From positions 3,296,001-3,360,000 of the forward strand of contig CAXXMD010000003.1 of assembly GCA_963675755.2 (NCBI GenBank): 64,000 bases of DNA, written 5' to 3'. The notes beneath the pieces are model-generated. The model saw nothing but the letters and a program-made list of their open reading frames with translations. It was not told the DNA's origin and did not search any database. Source of the DNA: a bacterium (GTDB taxonomy: Bacteria > Zhuqueibacterota > Zhuqueibacteria > Residuimicrobiales > Krinioviventaceae). The stretch's first letter is position 1, and every line of letters begins with the position of its first letter. A program made the translations under genes and the position numbers. Of this stretch, positions 28,391 through 38,102 are shown in pieces.

Positions 28391-31300
28391 ATGGACCGTC
28401 ATTTATTCTTTTTGTCAAGAAGCACAGTCGTATTGTTTATTGTTTTGGTATTTATCACCATTCCTGCATGTCTATTTGCTTTGCCAAATGGTGTATTTGA
28501 ATTAGAGACCGAGGTTTTCATTAAAGACTGGCTTATCTGCGGTCCGTTTCCCGGTGACAGTGAAGCCGGAGCGGGGATTGAAACGGATTATTTAACAGAG
28601 CATGGCGGTGAAACGGGAATCGTCCCGACAGTATCTATGCAGCATGCGAGTGCATCCGTCTCGTCTGGTAGTGTGCCCTGGAAGTATGTAAAAGCAGATG
28701 ATACCGGAAAACTCGATTTTACCCAACATCTGGAGCCAAACCAGAGACACGTTGCCTATGCATCCGCAGTTGTCCATTGCAAAAAAGAAACCCATGCACT
28801 GCTCAAAACCGGCAGCAACGATGGTTTGAAAATTTGGTTCAACGGTCAGCTTGTGTACGACAGTCCTGCACCGAGAAGCACCGGTCCCGATGAAGACCAC
28901 ATTCCGGTTGTATTGAATAAAGGCGACAACCTGCTGCTGGTAAAAGTCGATCAGGCAGGCGGACGCTGGTGGCTGTACGGCCGTTTTGAAGAGATGCATT
29001 CTTTGGGAAATCGTCTCTTTTTTACAGAACCACTGGTAGCTTCAGTTCCGCAGAGTGAATCCCAAACTACCGTAACCGATGTTTTTTCAGTACTGGCAAC
29101 CAATCCGACAAACACTCCTGTTGGTCCGGTTTATTTTGATGTCATGGCTGGCAAGGGGCGAAAATCAAACCGTGTGAACTGCGGTACGGTTAATCCAGGT
29201 GAGAGCAAGTGGCTCATTGCCGAATCTGAAGCTAATGTGTCTGATGGCGGAAAATTCATTGATGCGGAAATTCAGATTTCTTCAGGCAAAGATCAAAATC
29301 GTGTGCATGTGAAACAACAACGTCCCAATCCGCCTCAATATCCTGATCTGCAAGTGTATATAGTTCCGCACTCTCATGCTGACTTGTCATGGCCGCACAC
29401 ACCGGAAGTCAGCACCAATTTGAATGTACAGGCCATATCCGAGTCTATCAACATACTAAAAGAGCTGCCGGAATTTAAATTCTCTGAAGAAGATGTATTT
29501 GTGTTTGAAGAATTTTTGCGTCGGAATCCTGATCGGTTGGAAGAGGTAAGGGATCTGTTGAACAAAAATATTCTGGAATGCGGCGGATTTTATTTTGGCC
29601 CGAGCGAGCTTTTGTTGGGTGGTGAAGGACTGGTACGAAATATCTATTATGGCAAGCACTGGCTTTTGGACACCTTTGGTATTGATACGGACTTTGCCTG
29701 GAACCTGGATGAACCGGGACATACCCTGCAAATGCCCCAGATTTTGACAAAGGCGGGAATTGATAAATTTGTGATTTGGAAAGTGTTGTTAAGACCCGAG
29801 AACAATTTGAACGTTACGGGTTATGTGGGACCGAATATTTTCCGCTGGCAGTCCCCTGACGGTTCTGATGTTCTGGTTACTCATTGCCCCGGTGAATATG
29901 GTATTGGAAAAATGCTGCGTACCGATTCATTCCTTTCGGCATCAAAGCATTTTGGTGATTTTGTACAGCGTGAGATCAAACATAATAACAAGTGGGACCT
30001 TCCACCGGTTATCATGATGGCGGACGGCGCGGATTGCACAATCCCTGATCCGCGCGTCGGGCAAAACGCAAGGTTGTGGAACCAGATGTACCGTTTTCCG
30101 AATGTAAAAATTGGGTCCATTGCCCAATATTTTGATGCCGTTGAAAATGCAGTTGAGCAGGGCAAGGGTTCAATTCAAACCATAAACGGTGAATTCCCCT
30201 GCTGGTGGGCCGGGACCCAGTCCGTTGAAAACGATGCGTTTATGCTATCCAGACGGGCCGAAGCCATAGTGACAGCTGCCGAAAAATTCTCTACTGTCAA
30301 TGATCTGCTTTTCCCGGATTACGAGTATCCCCAATACGCCATTGAGAATGTATGGAAGGGCAAACTGTGGGTACATGAGCACAACTGGGGCGGTACTGAC
30401 GGTGATATCAGCGATGCAATCAAACTCGCCAGAAGCAGGGAAACCTATCGTTTGGCGGATGATCTGCATAAAAATACCCTCGGTACTCTGGTCTCCAATA
30501 TTAAATACAAGGATCTGGGGATTCCGCTGGTAATATTTAACAGCCTGACCTGGGACCGTACAGATATTGTTGATGAGATTGTTGCAGTAGATGAAAAAAG
30601 AATCACTGAGCTCTGTTTACTGGATGGTTCGGGAAAAGAGGTCCCCGCGCAGATCAAAGTGTTGGCTGAAAATGACGATGGCAGCATAGCCCGAGCGCAG
30701 GTTGTGTTTGAAGCAAATGTTCCATCAATGGGTTACGCAACTTATTATCTTGCTCCGGGAGAAAACCATAGCAGATCAGATTTTATTGCATCTGAAACGA
30801 TTTTGGAGAATGGATATTTCAAGATCTGCATTGATTCCGAATCAGGCGGGATTTCCAGTATTTATGATAAACAAAACAAGAGTGAGATTTTAGACACATC
30901 CGTATACAAGGGCAATGAACTCATTGCGCTTGAGAATTTTGGCGTGGATGAAGGTGAAGAATTCAGCGAAAACTGGTGGAGAATGAGCGAGAATCCGGTA
31001 TCGGTGACGCTGGTCGAGTCTGGTCCCATCCGGGCAACGCTGCGCATTACCGGAAAAATATTGAATTCGGACTGGGAGCAGGGAATCTCTCTATATGCCG
31101 GATTACCCAAAATCGATATAAAAACAATTCTGGACTGGAACGGTCAAAAGGAAATTCAGGTCAATTCCACATTTCCGTTTAGTCTTGAACAATCCAGACT
31201 CACATATGAAGTCCCTTTTGGTCAGGTTGAATATGGCGACGAGAGTCCCGCGGCAATGGCAAGCCATCCCACAGTGAGGGCTACCAATAACTGGATAGAC

Positions 31301-31978
31301 TTGTCCAATACAGATATGGGAATAACTCTTGCCACCGAAGTGACTCCGTTTGATTGTAAAGACCGAAGGGACCCGCGTTTTCATGATGCCAGAACAATAG
31401 AGGGAGAATGGGAACCAAGTCGTTTTTCAATGTACACCTGGGAAGACTATACTGATCATGAACGAGTTGCGTTAAAAGACCCTTTACTTTTGGATACGGA
31501 TTACGTGATTCAGCCGATTTTATTACGAAGTGTGTTCAGTTGTGGTGATCCGAATCTCTTTTTCACTCAGGAAGGCAAACATGTTTATCGGTTTGCAATT
31601 ACGACACATAATGGGCCATTGGTTTCACATGATGCGGTGCGGTTTGGATGGGAACACAATACTCCGTTTTGGGTAGAGCGTGGTAAAACATCAGCAGGCA
31701 AGCTTGCAGATTCGGGTACTTTTATACATGCTTCAGAGCCCAATGTACTAATTTCCATAATCAAAAAAGCTGAAAACGATAAAGGTGTTGTTTTGCGCTG
31801 TTATGAAACAGATGGAAAAGACACGGATGTAACCCTGACGTTTAATGGATCATTGAAATCAGCAGAACACACCAATATTATAGAACAGCACGGAAAACCG
31901 GTTAACGTTGAGGATGGAAAACTGACTTTTCATATAGGGCATAATGCTATTGAAACATACAGATTGTTTTTTGATTAG
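28391..31978 (+). CDS. GH38-family glycoside hydrolase (alpha-mannosidase-like) with N-terminal accessory domains
   Basis: VPHSHADLSW Zn motif, nucleophile region WNLDEPGH, F.WQSPDGS.V, FNSL.W.R and KKAE...LR.YE tail; signal peptide. Confidence 0.85.
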   Translation: MDRHLFFLSRSTVVLFIVLVFITIPACLFALPNGVFELETEVFIKDWLICGPFPGDSEAGAGIETDYLTEHGGETGIVPTVSMQHASASVSSGSVPWKYVKADDTGKLDFTQHLEPNQRHVAYASAVVHCKKETHALLKTGSNDGLKIWFNGQLVYDSPAPRSTGPDEDHIPVVLNKGDNLLLVKVDQAGGRWWLYGRFEEMHSLGNRLFFTEPLVASVPQSESQTTVTDVFSVLATNPTNTPVGPVYFDVMAGKGRKSNRVNCGTVNPGESKWLIAESEANVSDGGKFIDAEIQISSGKDQNRVHVKQQRPNPPQYPDLQVYIVPHSHADLSWPHTPEVSTNLNVQAISESINILKELPEFKFSEEDVFVFEEFLRRNPDRLEEVRDLLNKNILECGGFYFGPSELLLGGEGLVRNIYYGKHWLLDTFGIDTDFAWNLDEPGHTLQMPQILTKAGIDKFVIWKVLLRPENNLNVTGYVGPNIFRWQSPDGSDVLVTHCPGEYGIGKMLRTDSFLSASKHFGDFVQREIKHNNKWDLPPVIMMADGADCTIPDPRVGQNARLWNQMYRFPNVKIGSIAQYFDAVENAVEQGKGSIQTINGEFPCWWAGTQSVENDAFMLSRRAEAIVTAAEKFSTVNDLLFPDYEYPQYAIENVWKGKLWVHEHNWGGTDGDISDAIKLARSRETYRLADDLHKNTLGTLVSNIKYKDLGIPLVIFNSLTWDRTDIVDEIVAVDEKRITELCLLDGSGKEVPAQIKVLAENDDGSIARAQVVFEANVPSMGYATYYLAPGENHSRSDFIASETILENGYFKICIDSESGGISSIYDKQNKSEILDTSVYKGNELIALENFGVDEGEEFSENWWRMSENPVSVTLVESGPIRATLRITGKILNSDWEQGISLYAGLPKIDIKTILDWNGQKEIQVNSTFPFSLEQSRLTYEVPFGQVEYGDESPAAMASHPTVRATNNWIDLSNTDMGITLATEVTPFDCKDRRDPRFHDARTIEGEWEPSRFSMYTWEDYTDHERVALKDPLLLDTDYVIQPILLRSVFSCGDPNLFFTQEGKHVYRFAITTHNGPLVSHDAVRFGWEHNTPFWVERGKTSAGKLADSGTFIHASEPNVLISIIKKAENDKGVVLRCYETDGKDTDVTLTFNGSLKSAEHTNIIEQHGKPVNVEDGKLTFHIGHNAIETYRLFFD

Positions 31979-32074
31979 AATTAAAAGAGTAATGAATGTA
32001 CATTTTGAATTTTATAAAAATATCAGTTAATGAAAATACTCAAAATTCGAACAAATAACACGAGGAAAGCGGAA

Positions 32075-34243
32075 ATGAAAAGAATGAGTATAGTAGTAAC
32101 ACTGTTGTTGGCATTGCTGTTTCAAATGACACTTGCAAAGGATGGCAAGTATCCGATTGGAAAACCCGGTCTCTGTTTGAAATACACTTTAAAAGCCGAT
32201 GCAATTCCTGAATCAAATGTGAAGAATGTTGAGTTGACAGTCGGTGATCTTGTTGAAAAGCAGGGAACACAGGTACAATGGCTGCAATTGCATGCTCAAA
32301 AAGTAAATAATGAGACATTTTCAATATATATACTTGCCAAATCCTATCCCTCGGCATCTTTGATACAAGCTGAAGCAGAGATTGAGAGATATATTGTATC
32401 CATTCCCGGCAAAGATTCCATTGAATTTTCGGACCAGAATAGCGGAGCTGCCATTCTGCCAAACACCGGTGCGTGGAAATTTCTTTTCCCCGGACTCGTT
32501 AACAATGTGAATCCGTTTGATGGCAAGGTTAAAAAAGTAAAATACCTGGGACTCGAGTATGTTCTGGATAGCAAAAAGCAGGCAGAAATACCATCAATTC
32601 CCGTATCATGGACGAAAGTAGAACTGACACCTGATCTGCTTATTGGTGTTCCTCATAATAAAAAAGTGAAAAATGAAACCCGACGTTATGACGAGTCCGA
32701 TTACGAGTATATAGAGCTCACAAAGGATAATTATTTTGAAATGATAGATCATGGTATGAATGTTTTTAACGTGAATGCAGAACAGGTTAAATGGATTGAG
32801 AATGAAAACGTCTATTACTGGGGCATTGGCGGTAAAGATATTACTTATCCCGAACATCTTTACAAGAGCAACTATGTGGGACCTGCTATTTTCTTTGATG
32901 AACCCATGGTACATGTACGTGATTATATCATCAAGCCCAAGTTTAAGGAAAATCCGGGTTTGCGTAAAAGTATTACTCCCGAGTACTATTTTGAGGAATT
33001 CAAACATGAGTACCATGAAGCAAAATATGAACGTTCTACCGTGCGATTGATTAATGGACTTGCTGAACGGGATGATGTTGATTTGGGTGATATGAATTTT
33101 TTACAGCAAAATGTTTATTCATGGGAAACCATGATCAGTTCTGCTATATATCAATTGACCGAAGGAGATCCGACAACTCCCGCGGCAATTGTATTTGAGC
33201 CTCCCGGTCGTCTTGGCGCAAGACGGGTATTACCTGAACTGAACATGTGTTTTGACTGTCAAATACCTACGGATGATCCCAAGAATATGATTGGTATGAT
33301 CAAGGGATTTGCCCGGGGTGCTGCAAGAGTAGCCGACAAGGAATGGGGAATCAGCATTTATGGACAGGTAATCCGGTCCGAAGCTTATTGGTACATGACG
33401 CATGCATATGACCAGGGCGCCACCCGATTCTTTTACTGGGATTCTTATCAACTCGCTGCTGTTCCGTATAGTGAGTATTTGTCGTTATCCAAAAACCTGA
33501 GAGAATATGCTAAAAATTTCCCTCGCAAAGATGTAGAGTCGCTCAAATATAATGCAGAGGTTGCCATTGTATTACCAACAGGATACAATCTGGGTCATGT
33601 CAAGATGGGTATTGGCAATTTTAGTGGTATGGGCGAATTGAATATGGAGCGAAAGAATGAGTTTGGCGTGAAATATCGTAAAGTGATGAACAATTTTTAT
33701 ACCGAGGTTGAACGCTGTATCCGTTTGGGCATTGAATATGATCTGTTTTGGGGACTTGAAGGACTTGAATTAGATGGATACCGGGAGATTGTAACCATCC
33801 GTAAAGACGGTAAAGTTGAAATCGTTCAAAATGGAGATTCTCAAATCCTGGATTCTGCAAGAGTGCCTGAACGACCTGCCGGAAAAGTCCCGGAACTGAT
33901 TGTTGATATAGATCCTTCGGGTAACAGTGCCCCCGATACCTTTACCGCGCGTGCAAATGTTAAAGCCGGCTCGGCCCCTGTGTATTATACCCAAGGCGCG
34001 AATAAAGAAGGGATTTACAGAAATACCTATGTTTTGTGGGAACTGTATGGTCCGGGTGAAGAAGATTATACGGATTTCTGGAATGAAAGATGGGATGTAG
34101 ACGTATCTGAAAAAGATGATACAGCGACTGTGGAATTGATATTTACCCTTGATAAACCGGGAAGTTATCGGCTACGCGTATCTGCCTGTGATGTGGCGGG
34201 CAGAAGTTCAGTCGTTTGGAAAAATATAACTGTTACCAAATAG
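32075..34243 (+). CDS. Exported protein of unknown function, possibly carbohydrate-active
   Basis: Signal peptide at MKRMSIVV; FDEP motif, Tyr/Trp-rich core, Ig-like C-terminus. Confidence 0.65.
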   Translation: MKRMSIVVTLLLALLFQMTLAKDGKYPIGKPGLCLKYTLKADAIPESNVKNVELTVGDLVEKQGTQVQWLQLHAQKVNNETFSIYILAKSYPSASLIQAEAEIERYIVSIPGKDSIEFSDQNSGAAILPNTGAWKFLFPGLVNNVNPFDGKVKKVKYLGLEYVLDSKKQAEIPSIPVSWTKVELTPDLLIGVPHNKKVKNETRRYDESDYEYIELTKDNYFEMIDHGMNVFNVNAEQVKWIENENVYYWGIGGKDITYPEHLYKSNYVGPAIFFDEPMVHVRDYIIKPKFKENPGLRKSITPEYYFEEFKHEYHEAKYERSTVRLINGLAERDDVDLGDMNFLQQNVYSWETMISSAIYQLTEGDPTTPAAIVFEPPGRLGARRVLPELNMCFDCQIPTDDPKNMIGMIKGFARGAARVADKEWGISIYGQVIRSEAYWYMTHAYDQGATRFFYWDSYQLAAVPYSEYLSLSKNLREYAKNFPRKDVESLKYNAEVAIVLPTGYNLGHVKMGIGNFSGMGELNMERKNEFGVKYRKVMNNFYTEVERCIRLGIEYDLFWGLEGLELDGYREIVTIRKDGKVEIVQNGDSQILDSARVPERPAGKVPELIVDIDPSGNSAPDTFTARANVKAGSAPVYYTQGANKEGIYRNTYVLWELYGPGEEDYTDFWNERWDVDVSEKDDTATVELIFTLDKPGSYRLRVSACDVAGRSSVVWKNITVTK

Positions 34244-34506
34244 CAGCCATTAGATTTAAATGATAACATCTGGAATGAAATTGATATGAATGCGTTGGGG
34301 GATGCAGATTCTGATTATTAGGATAGACTGCAAATATTTTGTACCTAATGGGACGGGTTTACTGATTCTTGCTTTATTTATGGGAGTATTGTTGAGGGGG
34401 GATGTTTTTTGTCTGCTGTTTGATCGTTAGCAGATTGAACCCTCGCACATCTCTATGAATAATTTTTCAGGCTCAGTGTTATAATGAAAAACAAAAGAGG
34501 CTGGAA

Positions 34507-35790
34507 ATGAAACCATGTGTATTATTTTTTGCCGTTGTATTTTTCACAATCAATGTCTATGCACAGCATGTCGATGTGACAGATTTTGGTGCAATTGGGG
34601 ATGGAAAATTAGACAATACAGCAGCATTTCAGAAAGCAATCAATAGTGTCGGGGATAAAGGGGGGACGGTTTATGTTCCGGCGGGACAGTACCGCTTTGA
34701 CAGCACACTCGTCTTGATTGAAGGTGTTACTTTGAAAGGGATTGCCGAAACACCACCAGCTGCCAGTTTAAAACGGGGTACCATGTTGCTTGTATATGCC
34801 GGCAGAGATGATGAACATGAAGAGCCGTTTATTACGATGAAATATAACAGCTCGGTAATGGGGCTGTCGATCTATTATCCCGAGCAAACCATAACGGATG
34901 TTCGTCCATATCCCTGGACCATCCAGATCAACGGCAATCGCTGTAATTTGGTTAATCTGTCACTGGTGAATTCTTATAATGGTATCGACTGTGGGACTTT
35001 TTATCATGGACAGGATTACGTGCGTAACATTCATCTATGGGCATTGAATACTGCTGTGTATATCGACCGTGTGCATGACATTGGCAGGATGGAGAACATC
35101 CAGATCCATCCCAGTGCCTGGTTGAGTTTTGGTGTAAACATTGATGCAATCCGTGAATATTCAGTACAACATATGGAAGGATTCGTTATTGGTCGTTGTG
35201 ATTGGGAATATATGATCAATTGTTTTGTGATCTGGCCCAAAGTGGGATTCAGGTTTATTGAAACCGAGAGAGATCCGGTTGGTAATGATCCCCAGGCGAA
35301 TATCCTTATAACCCAAAGCGGTTCAGATATCGGACCGTTAGCTGTTGTGGTTGAGAAATCGCAGTATCATGCCGGAATTGCTTTTGAAAACTGCCAGTTT
35401 ATGGATGGCATTCTGATTGAGGAGGGAAACAAAGGACCCGTAAAGTTGACAAACTGCGGATTCTGGGGCTGGGCGGAAACTCTGGGTGGCACACATATCG
35501 TAAACAAGGGCAAAGGTACTGTTTATTTAACAGCCTGCAATTTTAACGCAAAGAACTGGGCAGAATGTCATTGGGAACCGGATATTCCTTTTATCAAAAT
35601 GCTGGATGGAACATTGCAAATGATGAATTGTCGTTTTCAGGACAATGGTAATACGCCAGATGCCCATATTTACCTGGGTGAAAATACCCGGTCAGCTGTT
35701 ATTATGGGTAATAGTGTAGAGGGTGGCAGGTTGAATGTAGCGAACCATTCCAAAGGTGATGTGCAGATTTTAGGTAATGTCAGTGAATAA
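34507..35790 (+). CDS. Right-handed beta-helix protein (Pectate_lyase_3 superfamily)
   Basis: VTDFGAIGDGKLDNTAAFQKAI...VYVPAGQY N-terminus; signal peptide. Confidence 0.85.
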   Translation: MKPCVLFFAVVFFTINVYAQHVDVTDFGAIGDGKLDNTAAFQKAINSVGDKGGTVYVPAGQYRFDSTLVLIEGVTLKGIAETPPAASLKRGTMLLVYAGRDDEHEEPFITMKYNSSVMGLSIYYPEQTITDVRPYPWTIQINGNRCNLVNLSLVNSYNGIDCGTFYHGQDYVRNIHLWALNTAVYIDRVHDIGRMENIQIHPSAWLSFGVNIDAIREYSVQHMEGFVIGRCDWEYMINCFVIWPKVGFRFIETERDPVGNDPQANILITQSGSDIGPLAVVVEKSQYHAGIAFENCQFMDGILIEEGNKGPVKLTNCGFWGWAETLGGTHIVNKGKGTVYLTACNFNAKNWAECHWEPDIPFIKMLDGTLQMMNCRFQDNGNTPDAHIYLGENTRSAVIMGNSVEGGRLNVANHSKGDVQILGNVSE

Positions 35791-35957
35791 TTTGAGATTA
35801 TAAAAGTTGTTGATAGATTATCTTAAATAAAAAATCATTATGATTAACTACCGGGTAAGCTTACCAATTGCTTGTTTTGGAACATTTTTTTTATATATTA
35901 GTTGTATTCAGGTGCTCATAAGCAATATCTGTAAACCTTTCAGGTTAAAATATCCGG

Positions 35958-37361
35958 GTGGCCATGAATCCAATTGTATTAAAATTTCATATCCGTGCGA
36001 TACGTAATTATATCCGTACCCGACTGGACTGGATCACCATAATAGAAATTTTGTTGTTCGGTGGTTTTCTCGTCTATTATGTACTGGACTCTTTGCATGC
36101 TCAATTTGCGAATGTACTTCTCAAAAAGGGTGTTGGGGCGGCATGGAACGCTTTTTATCGCAATCAGGCCATAGCGTTGTTGATCTTTCTACCCAGCGGC
36201 ATGGCCTTTGCCCGCAAACAACTCGCCAGTCCCGGTCATCAGGTCCTTTTGACCATGCCAATGACCATGTATCGGGCTTGCTCTACAATTGTAGACCAGA
36301 TTTTGTTCAGTTGGGCGCTTTTATTGCCGATTTGGATTGGATTTCTGTTCAGTTTTATTTTTCAGGTTCATACAGAAACTGTCGAGTTTATTACTATCAT
36401 TATTTATCATACACTCGTCTTTTTCAGTCCGGTGCTGCTGGGAATGTTTTTCTGGACTGCCTGGAAATCCACAAGATTAAAACACGGATTGCTGCGCTGG
36501 TTCAATACCCTTGTCTTGATCTCGGTGTTAACCGCGATTGTTTTATTGAGCGCCTACAATCACAAAATGCACCATTGGATTGTGCATACATTGATAACGT
36601 TAGTCTTGTTGGTGTTGTCGCGGTCATTGATCATTCATCAACTCGTGAATTTATATACTGTAATCCCGGACAAGCTCATATCGCAAAAGTGGAATATTTA
36701 TCAGCCCTTTATGTTCTGGGTACGCGTTTACATGTTTTTTACACCAAAGGGTATTCGCCCGTTTGTGCGAAAAGACACGTTATACATACTTCGACGATAC
36801 AAGGTCTATGCATTGCTGATACCGGCATTTATAATAGCAATTGTTGCGGGCATCTTTCATGTAAAAACCTTTGATGAAGCCATGCAATGGATGTTGTCCA
36901 TATCCATTGCATCCGGGTATGTGTTTGCAAATATGGCATTCCGGTTCAGCGATCAGGGCTGCGAGTTGTTATCTGTTGTACGTTCACAGCCTGTTTCCAT
37001 GAAACGATACTGGTTTGCCAAGTTCTGGGATGCTTTGCTGCCGGTTATCTGGATAACCGGGGTTGGAAGTATTGCGTTGTTCTTGATACCCGGATTTAAT
37101 CTGGTTATTTATTTACGAATACTTTTAGCAGCAGCTTTTATTAATGTAACCTTGGTTTTTGTTCAAACCAACTTTGCGCTATATTCATATCCTTATACCC
37201 GATACGCCAGTATGTGGTATAATTTGTATCTGGTAATGGGAGTTTTGTTTTTTACTATACTTTTGTTTCCACCGCTTTCAATAGCCTTTTGGTTATTTGG
37301 ATATCTTGCCATTTTTAGAGTGCTTAAACAGCTCAAACAAACGGATGTGCTTTATGATTAA
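35958..37361 (+). CDS. Putative ABC exporter permease
   Basis: About 12 TM segments; overlaps the downstream ABC ATPase (ATGATTAA). Confidence 0.7.
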   Translation: MAMNPIVLKFHIRAIRNYIRTRLDWITIIEILLFGGFLVYYVLDSLHAQFANVLLKKGVGAAWNAFYRNQAIALLIFLPSGMAFARKQLASPGHQVLLTMPMTMYRACSTIVDQILFSWALLLPIWIGFLFSFIFQVHTETVEFITIIIYHTLVFFSPVLLGMFFWTAWKSTRLKHGLLRWFNTLVLISVLTAIVLLSAYNHKMHHWIVHTLITLVLLVLSRSLIIHQLVNLYTVIPDKLISQKWNIYQPFMFWVRVYMFFTPKGIRPFVRKDTLYILRRYKVYALLIPAFIIAIVAGIFHVKTFDEAMQWMLSISIASGYVFANMAFRFSDQGCELLSVVRSQPVSMKRYWFAKFWDALLPVIWITGVGSIALFLIPGFNLVIYLRILLAAAFINVTLVFVQTNFALYSYPYTRYASMWYNLYLVMGVLFFTILLFPPLSIAFWLFGYLAIFRVLKQLKQTDVLYD

Positions 37362-38079
37362 AATTCAAAATCTGTCAAAAAAATATGATCGTACCCAGGC
37401 TTTGGATGACTTTTCTTTGTCCATTGGACGGGGAGAGTTTTGGGGACTCATTGGTCCCAATGGTGCCGGTAAAACGACGTTGTACAAGAGTTTGTTGGGA
37501 TTACTAACCATTGACAATGGATCCATTATTATTGACGGGAAAAAAGTAGATAAACATCCGGAGCATATAAAAAAAATAATAGGATATGCAGCCGAACCGC
37601 CGGTATTGTACGAGTATCTGACCGGACCGGAATTTCTCGAATTTACAGGGACTTTGAATGGTATTGAAAAGAATGAATTGGTACAAAAAATAAACCATTT
37701 GTTAAAAGAGTTTGACCTGGAGTTCAAGAGCAAAGATCCTATTGCTGATTATTCTCATGGTATGCGTAAAAAAATATCATTGGCTGCAGCTTTTCTCAAG
37801 GAACCCTCAATATTGTTGTTGGACGAGCCCACCAGTGGTCTGGATGCTGAAAGCATTTACAATTTAAAGAACCATTTGTTGTCTTTTCGGGATAAAGGTG
37901 TTACATTACTCTTGTCGTCTCATATTATTGAAACGGTTGAGAAATTGTGCAGCCATGTTGCAATAATCAACAAGGGACGAATTATTTACAAAGATACAAT
38001 TGAAAATATTTATAGCGCACTGGGTCCCGGTGAAACACTGGAGACGTTACTAATCCGTTTATTACGGGAATCTGAATAA
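37354..38079 (+). CDS. ABC transporter ATP-binding protein
   Basis: GPNGAGKTT, YSHGMRKK, LLLDEPTSGLD, SSH. Confidence 0.93.
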   Translation: MIKIQNLSKKYDRTQALDDFSLSIGRGEFWGLIGPNGAGKTTLYKSLLGLLTIDNGSIIIDGKKVDKHPEHIKKIIGYAAEPPVLYEYLTGPEFLEFTGTLNGIEKNELVQKINHLLKEFDLEFKSKDPIADYSHGMRKKISLAAAFLKEPSILLLDEPTSGLDAESIYNLKNHLLSFRDKGVTLLLSSHIIETVEKLCSHVAIINKGRIIYKDTIENIYSALGPGETLETLLIRLLRESE

Positions 38080-38102
38080 ATACGGTTTGAAATTTTACAG
38101 GG

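Noticed and set aside
27495-28402. ORFs of 60-173 aa crossing the repeat region
   Set aside because: They translate the palindromic repeats or lie antisense to a real gene; no RBS or protein motifs.
34244-34321. 25 in-frame acidic codons after the TAG stop, suggesting read-through or pyrrolysine
   Set aside because: Length is within chance, the protein already ends naturally (KNITVTK), and no pyl genes are present. At most a gene remnant.
35854-35865. Palindrome GGTAAGCTTACC as an operator
   Set aside because: Single 12-bp occurrence with no regulator nearby; not distinguishable from chance.
36143-36874. 243-aa alternative-frame ORF inside the permease gene
   Set aside because: No recognisable motifs or RBS; fully nested in a gene coupled to the ABC ATPase.
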